Shown here piece by piece: positions 56,803-64,000 of a stretch of 64,000 nt of DNA. The notes under the pieces are model-generated. The model did not search any database. It was not told the DNA's origin and saw only the letters and a program-made list of their open reading frames with translations. The position numbers and the translations under genes are program-made. This DNA comes from Blepharisma stoltei ATCC 30299. Lineage: Eukaryota > Protista > Ciliophora. Positions within the stretch are counted from its first letter, which is position 1, and every line of letters begins with the position of its first letter. Location: contig CBFDEM010000027.1 of the NCBI GenBank assembly GCA_965603825.1, positions 1 through 64,000 on the forward strand, written 5' to 3'.

Positions 56803-59496
56803 TTAAGACTTAGGAACTTCAACATAACCCAACATATCAACAATTCCTGCAAAACTGGGTCTTTTATTCGGATCTGTCCTCCAGCACAAACTCATAAGTC
56901 TTTTTAGCTCTTTTGGGCAGCTTGGCGGGATATGCTCCATATCAGGCCTTGCATGCTGATTTAGCACCTTTTCCTTTATATCATTATGAGTCAGCCCACT
57001 ATAAGGAACTTCTCTAGTAATGACTTCATACATGACGATTGCATAAGAATACACGTCAGCCTTATACGAATAATCAGACTGACTTAATACTTCTGGCGCC
57101 ATCCAATGGCACGTCCCTAGTTTCCCTGTCATTAGTCCTTCTGCTCTGCATTCTTTTGACAGTCCAAAATCTCCCACTTTTACCAATATAGAATCAGTAG
57201 GTCTATGCACTTGGGCTGATAAAAATAAATTTAAAGATTTGAGGTCTCTATGAATAAAATTATTTGCGTGGAGAAAATTCATGCCGACTGCGACATCTTT
57301 TAGCATTTTAAGCTTTTGCTCCCAGGATATGAAAATATCTTTTCGCTTGTGTAGGAGGTGGAATAAATCGCCGCCTTGGCAATATTCAGTGATTACGCTG
57401 AGAGGTTCACCTATATAGGCGCCCATAAATAATACCAAATTGGGGTGGCGGAGTTTTATGAGGAGGTTTACTTCTCTGCCGAATTCTTTTAAGCTTTGCT
57501 TTTCTATTTTTTTTAGCTTTTTTATTGCTACAAAAGTTTTTTGATACAGCCCAAGCCACACCTCACTGCTGCTGCCATTGCCAATTTGCCTCATCTGCCT
57601 TACATCTTTTATATCAATTTGCCATGAACTGAACTGCTCGCTTAGTCTTTGGGTAAACTTTTCTACATTTGCGTCGGACAAATCAATTAAATCACACTCA
57701 TTAGAGGTCGTCATATGGTTATCCTTTGCAGTTGAATAATGGGTATGGATTTCTTGAAGATTTACTGCTGTAAAACCTAGCCCTGGGCAGTCTTCAATTT
57801 CATCTTCTTCTGAAGAACTTGATGAGCTTGAATCTGAGTCATTTTCTGACATCTGCAAGTCAGGCTGGCTTAAAACAGTCTTTATCTGATGGATTTTTGG
57901 GTCTTGTATAGAATCCTCAATTAAAATTTCTGGGATTGGGATTTCGATTTTATTGATAGGAATTTCTATGTTGTCGACCTCAAATAAAGTTTTTGCTTGG
58001 TGGTAGGTTTTTAAATAGTCTGGCAAGACTGTATCAAGCTCCCTTAATTTTTCGGCACAGCAGCTGATAATTTCTAATAATCTTTTTTGCTCATCTATTA
58101 ATGTAAGTCTAATAGACTTGCAGATAGCTTCGAGATGAGATTTTACTGTTATCATTTCGTGGATTTTTAAAAGAGATGACCAATAGTTTAGAAGGTCTTC
58201 TACAAGTAGTGCGTCGTTAAATTGGAAATTTTCTTTATTGATCACAAATCTTCCGTTGAAATTTGTAATATTGGCTCGAGTTAAGTAGTATTTCTGTTTT
58301 ATAGCTGCTGAAAAAGCATTAGTAACTCTTCTGAAAAATTCAGACAAAAGCGGATGTCCTGGCCGCACTGAGCAAAAGGACTCAATATAATGTAACACTT
58401 CAACTACACCCGGAGTTGCCTGGAATACATATAATGGCCCTTCTATAAGGTACAAAAATAATAATAAACAGGCTTTAAGCCTCACTTGGGGGTTATGCAG
58501 ATTCTGTAGTCTTAGCATTTCAGTATAAAATTTCGAGATTTTCTGTGGTTTTGCCCACACTTTAGCAACAAGTTTTTTAATGAATATTTCTTTCAGTGGC
58601 AAAGAGTTATTAGGGCATGCTTTTTGGACGAGCCCATAGGTGGATTTTCCTGACTTTAGCCTAGAAAAAGGAGAAATTCTTGGAAAGCAAGAAACAAAGC
58701 AGGACTGGTTTTCCATAAGATTTTGCTGCTCGTCGAGCTTTTCAAGGACAGATAATATATCTGCTCTCACAATAGGATTAGGATGGAGCATCATTTTTAA
58801 CAAATCTTTTACTTTCTGAGGCACTTCTTTGGGCAATTTCAGCTGGAATGTGTTTTTTTCTTGGTTGTTGTCAAATGGGGTATTTTCGAATAAAATAAAA
58901 TAAAAAATCATTCCTAATCCTCATATGTCTGTTTTGGTATCAGCTGAATGATTATTCTCCCCATTGCATTCTGGAGCTAACCATTTGTCAGTACTAATTT
59001 GAAGTAGATCAGTGTTGGAAAATGGCATATCAAGTGGAATCAATTTCGGTGACTGCTCAGTTGCATATTCAAGCCCGGATATTTTATAAACGTCGCCTTG
59101 GCATTGAATACTAGTAGGAGACAGGTTTCTGTGAACAATCGGAGGGTCATGCTGATGCATATGTTTAATACCCAAAGCAATCTGATACAGTGCTTTTAAA
59201 GGATCCTGAACTCGGTTTGTCTGTAAAGTCCCATTCGCACAGTACTCATACATAAGAAAATAAGAGCCTTCTGAGCTGCTTGCACTATGCAAAGTGATAA
59301 TATTTGGGTGAGGATTTAGCTCTCTTAATAAGCGGATTTCTTTCTTAATTTGTTTGATTCGTTGAGGAGTGGGGTTTTTGATATGTTTTAATAAATAAAA
59401 AAAGCCTGAATTCTTATCTTGTGCTTTATACTCTTCTGGTGAAATTTGTTTAACAAGCGAAATGGTTCTTCCTTGGATATTCAATTGGGTTTCCAT
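56803..59496 (-). CDS. Tri-domain protein: degenerate NAK-like kinase + ANTH/ENTH-like domain + TKL kinase (897 aa)
   Basis: N-domain HPNII, HQHDPPIVHRNL and DIW(TGA)GLG. Middle LVQKAC...PLKE...VRLKACLLL..YLIEGP. C-terminal HPNLVLFMGA, HRDLKSLN, DFG and GTCHWMAPE. Confidence 0.85.
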
Positions 59497-59713
59497 AAAT
59501 TATTAACAATTTTTATTAATTTCTTTGCAGTAATTTTGAATTTATGGCTATCAAGCTCATTCTTAGCGACATTTTTGAGTTTAATTGAAATATAGTCCAA
59601 CAGCGATTGCTTATGAACTATTCAGAAATTTTTTAATTTAATGTATAGAGACTGAAATGAAGGAAAAAAATAGTCTAAATAAGAAGTTTTTAATAATTGA
59701 GCATAATTTAAAT

Positions 59714-62700
59714 ATGCAATTTGATACAGATAAACAACTTCGAGGCTATCAAGACGACCCATACCGCCAACGAAGTATCTCAAGGCAATCTCAAGAGCCC
59801 CAAAACCAAGAAGATTTCTTCAAGCAATTCGAAAATTACAAATCAAATATAGAAAATCCCGGGATCAATCCCCAAATGAACTTCCAAAAAGGCCCCACAA
59901 ATGACTTTAATGCTTTTCCATCAGGCAAAAAAGAGCAGCTCTTTGCGAATCCTAATATAAATGCAAATAATTTGGCAAACCCTACAACAGAAACAGAAAG
60001 AGATAGAAGGCTTCGATTAAGATCTGAAGAGCGCAAGCGTAGAAATACTGGCCAAGCTGCCAGTGTCTATGAGCAGCCACAAATCCAAGAATCCCTTGAA
60101 AAGCCAGCTGAAATGTGGGATTTTCAGAACCGGCAAGCCGATTTGAAAATGCTTTATGAGGTGCAAAATACTGAAAATCGAGGCTACCAAGAAGAAAAGC
60201 CCCAGATTTATAGCCAGCCTTCTCCTGAAATAAAACCAAAGGCTGCGTCTGTCCCAAGCAATACAAACTCTGACGAGTCTGCCTCACTAAAATATCAAAA
60301 ACAGCAGCAATATAAGGCATATTTAGATGAACAAGTCTCAAATACCCAGAATAAAGGAAGAGCTTTGTCTCAGCAAAGAGTTGAAACAGGCGCGACGGTA
60401 GATAATTATAATGACGCGAAAGAACAAGAAGCAAGGAAAAAGAGACAATATGCATTAGAACTACAAGCACAAATTGACCAAAAAAATAAAGCTGTGGTGA
60501 GCCAAGAAATAAGGGAAGATGTGGGGCAGTTTCAAAACCCAGTGGATGCAGAAAGGGAAAAAAAGAGAAAATATGCCCAGGAGCTGCAGGCCCAGATACA
60601 GGCACAAGCACAAGCGAAAAATAGCCAGAAAAGGAATTTCTCAGATGAAAATAATTATGATATGAATTTGCAAGGAAATTCTCAACAGGATGCAGAGCGG
60701 GAACGAAAGAAAAGATATGCCCAAGAGCTCCAAGCCCAAATCCAGGCCAAAGAAGCCCAAAAAGGTTATCGACGATCAACTACCCAGGACTCCTCTACTA
60801 GAAATTCGCAAGAGCAAGAATTTATGCCTCAGCAAACCCCACAAGACATAGAAAGAGAAAGGAAAAAACAATACGCTCAAGAGCTCCAGGCACAAATTCA
60901 AGCCAAACAGAATAAAAACACTGAGAAAAAGTATGAAAATTACAGCCATGACGCATTGCCACCTAAAGGAAACGACGAAGCTGCATTAAAGAAAAAACTA
61001 TATGCACAGGAATTGCAAGCACAAATAATGGCCAAACAAGCCTTACAAGGGGATAGAAATAAGCGCTCAGCATCACTGGAAAGACCTAGCAGTGAGATTT
61101 ATTATCAGCAAAAACAAGACGTTTATCAGCCTCGGCAAGAAAATTTGTATCAAGCTAGACAAGAAAGTCCATATCAGCCTAGACAAGATAATTTATATCA
61201 GCCAAGGCAAGAAAATATGTATCAGCAAAGAGATGAACAATTTTCTTCATTTGACCAAAGGGCATTTAACCCTGAGTATGAAAAAATGATGAATCCAGAC
61301 CAATTCCAGTCCTTCCAGCCTTCTTATGACAAGCCGCCTGAAAGATTTCAGTCCTTGCCAACCCAGCAGGACTATCCTCCCTATAATCCTCCACAAATAT
61401 GCCCTCCCCAAAATTATAACCCTCAGCAAGAAATTCCTCTCACTAGAGAAAATTCTATTACAAAACCAAATGGCCCACCTCAAGATCGAGAAAAAATCAA
61501 TAGGTACCGCCAAGAGCTAGAAATCCAAATAGAAGAAGCGAAAAAGCGAAAAGAAGAAGAAAAAAGAAAGCAAAAAGAAGATGACGAAAGACATGAAAAA
61601 AATTTTTTTATGGAAGTCCCTAATGAAAATAAGCCATTAATTATGAAAAAAATCGACCCAAATAGGCCAAGTGAAGACCATCCGCAGGCTCAAAGATATC
61701 AAGAATTGATGGAAAAAGCGAAAGTCCAAAAGGAAAATCCAGAAGAGTTTCCTGAGGTCAAGCAGAATTATAAATTTCAGCAGGAAGATTCTAAGGCTGA
61801 TTTTAATCGACCTCAGAAGATAGCAGAGCCGTCTGGGATTGATAGTTCTTTTCCGCCTACCAAGCCAAATTATAAATTTCAGCAAAAGCAAGAAGAGTTC
61901 AGCACAGGAGCTGCAAATTTCCCTCCCACAAATCCACAGTTAAATTTCCCTTCTGCCACAAATTTCCCTCCTCCTCCTCCTCCTTTCCTTCCAAACCCAC
62001 AATTTAACTTCCCAGATACCCAATTACAATCTCCTGGGAATTTTCAAAAAAATCCTGCAAATGACCCTCGGAATGCTTATTTAAAAGAAATGCAAGAAAT
62101 TCGTATGGAAAGAGAAAAAGCGAGAGACCAAATGTTAGAAATGAGAGAAATGATGCTAAAAGAAAGAGAAAAGCAACTAGAAAGTATGCTGCTTATGCTG
62201 AAAATCCAGCCTCCAATGTATGGATTTCCACCACAGCAGACAAGACCAGTAAGTTATGGGTCAAATATGCAGATGGAGCCTAATGAATTTCCTCAGTATA
62301 ATATGCCGAATCCTCAATACCCTCCTGGCAATAGGCAATATACTAATCCATTGATGACAGAGACTTCTAATCCTTATGAAATCCCTCAGCCAAATGCAAA
62401 TTTTAACCAAAAACCTTATGATTTAGCTTCTCAACCCAACTATCCTCAGTCAAATACAAACTTTAACCAAAAACCTTATGACTTAGGCTCCCCACCTGCA
62501 AATTATTCGCAGCCTTATGACTTTTCTGCCCCAAAAATAAATAAAGATGCAAAACAAAGCTTATTTGGACAGCCTCAAAATTCAAATTTGGTGGATTTGC
62601 AGAATGAGCCAAGCTTTAAACAGCCTGGCTATGCTGATTTATTATCGGCAAATCCTCAATCAGAAGAATTATTTGAAAAATCTCTAATGAGCTCCCAAAA

Positions 62701-63679
62701 ATGGGTAGATCCTCATTTAATGAAATGAGGTGACGTCAAAATTGCAGACAGCACCCAAGTTCCTATTGAAAACTCTTCCCCTGAGCGTAAAAAGTGGGGC
62801 TCTCCTAAGAAAAACCTTGATGTCGAAGTAAAAAACTACGACACCCTCAAAACTGATTCGCAAGATACCCCAAAATTCCAGCTGAAAACAATTCCTGAAG
62901 AAAACCCAGCTCTATTCCAAGCTAACGAGGTCGACGAGCACATAGAAGAAGAAATCAATGAAATTTACCCCACACAAGAAGATGAAGAAAAAGAAAATTT
63001 AATTGAAAATCCATCATCAGACAGCAATAGAGAAATCGTCCTGTCTCAGCCAAAATATGAAGAAAGCGCTGAATTAAAGATGGCTCCTGACAGTTTAAGA
63101 GGGTCTGAAGACTCTATTAATATGCAATCTGCCTCTATTGGCAGCAATTTCTCAGAAGCAAAAATAACCCCAAAGGTAGAAATTGCATTTAATTTTAAAG
63201 AGCCAGCAGAAGAGACGTCTACTGATATAATTAATAATTTTTTACAGGACCAAAAGCAGAGGCAGGTTATTGGAAAGCCTGAAGCCCCAAAGAGAAGCCT
63301 TGCAATAAGCAGGCTAGATGAAGCGAGGATGTATGCGAAACAGCAGAAGACAAAGGACGTTTTTGAAGAGCTTGATACGAAGCTGATGGAAGGGCTTTTT
63401 AAGCCGAAATCTACCCCAAAATATGAAGATTCGTTGGAAAAGCCTGCCAAAGAGGTAGCGTTTACAGGCAAATTTACAAAAGTGGCACTAAATGAGCTGA
63501 GGAAACAGAAATACCAAAATTCAATTGATAATATACTGCAGGATTCGAGGCCAAGCTCAAAAAGTTCGACACGGCAAGCTGTTGATGAGTTTTTAAGCAA
63601 GTTTGAAAAAGAAAGCTCGCCTCATAAAAGTTCAAGCCGCCAGTCAAGAAGATATGAAAATCAAGACCCAATCATTTAA
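59714..63679 (+). CDS. CSPP1/CCDC66-like Q/P-rich repeat protein (about 1320 aa, 1 UGA-Trp); alternative ATG at 59657
   Basis: Five KKxxYAQELQAQI repeats plus degenerate copies. The frame continues through TGA 62726 into ORF 63080..63679. Confidence 0.75.
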
Positions 63680-64000
63680 TATTTTAAATTTATGTTATAG
63701 ATAGTATCATTACACTCTTTACTTAAATAAAACATGCTTTTATATCGCTATTATTTGCTAGTCTTAAATTTCAATATAGTCTACCATATATAGTATTACA
63801 AAATAATAAAACTATTTTTAACAGCAGTTTACTGTCGAATTGAAATAATTGTTTACACCCTAAAATATTTTTGCAGGTTGTGACATTTTCATTTAAATAA
63901 AAGACTATTATATATTTTACTGAATCATAAGCCATTATTTATTATGTGACTTTAATTGTAATGCTATACATACTTTATTCCTATTGGTAAAAAATTGATA

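Noticed and set aside
59982-60779. 265-aa hydrophobic antisense ORF
   Set aside because: It is the reverse complement of the Q/E/K-rich repeat region, and its L/F-richness follows from the sense strand.
1367-63679. Many split ORFs interpreted as pseudogenes or as selenoprotein/readthrough genes
   Set aside because: The breaks are in-frame TGAs that often align with conserved Trp rather than Cys, across unrelated families. Code reassignment explains them; only 4884-6801 has real lesions.
63855-63863. Internal telomere-like 9-mer ACACCCTAA
   Set aside because: A single short match is expected by chance in 64 kb, and it cannot be called a telomere addition site without reads.
585-64000. tRNA, rRNA, transposase or other mobile-element genes
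   Set aside because: I recognised none by eye. tRNAscan-SE and Infernal would be needed to exclude small RNAs in the AT-rich intergenic regions.

Overview
This is the left end of a gene-dense, AT-rich eukaryotic chromosome, almost certainly a macronuclear chromosome of the heterotrich ciliate Blepharisma. Three things support this. (i) Bases 1-584 are a (CCCTAACA)n telomere. (ii) UGA is read as Trp: about 40 in-frame TGAs fall at positions such as kinase 'DIW' and RecQ 'FPW', and every complete gene I traced ends in TAA or TAG. (iii) There are four 15-16 nt GTA...TAG introns. Re-reading the fragmented ORF track with UGA=Trp and these introns gives about 38 intact genes plus one disrupted kinase-kelch locus. 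Recognisable genes: alpha-arrestin, Frag1/DRAM, two SLC35F6 paralogs, SLC35A, NEK, CFAP95, peroxisomal thiolase, DRC7, a Hippo/MST kinase with SARAH domain and a tandem pseudokinase copy, SWEET, SERF, BLM/Sgs1-type RecQ, CTD small phosphatase, glutathione reductase, LIN52-like, MBOAT and a CSPP1/CCDC66-like protein. The most unusual items are a Cys-phosphatase fused to an apparently inactive oligoribonuclease domain, a NAK-pseudokinase/ANTH/TKL-kinase tri-domain protein, a stand-alone NEURL4-type ADP-ribosyltransferase-like protein, a signal-peptide-bearing degenerate SET protein, a GC-rich TA-bounded 160-bp insertion in the disrupted kinase-kelch gene, and intergenic gaps as short as 5-7 nt. 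All family calls come from motif recognition by eye; no database searches were run.
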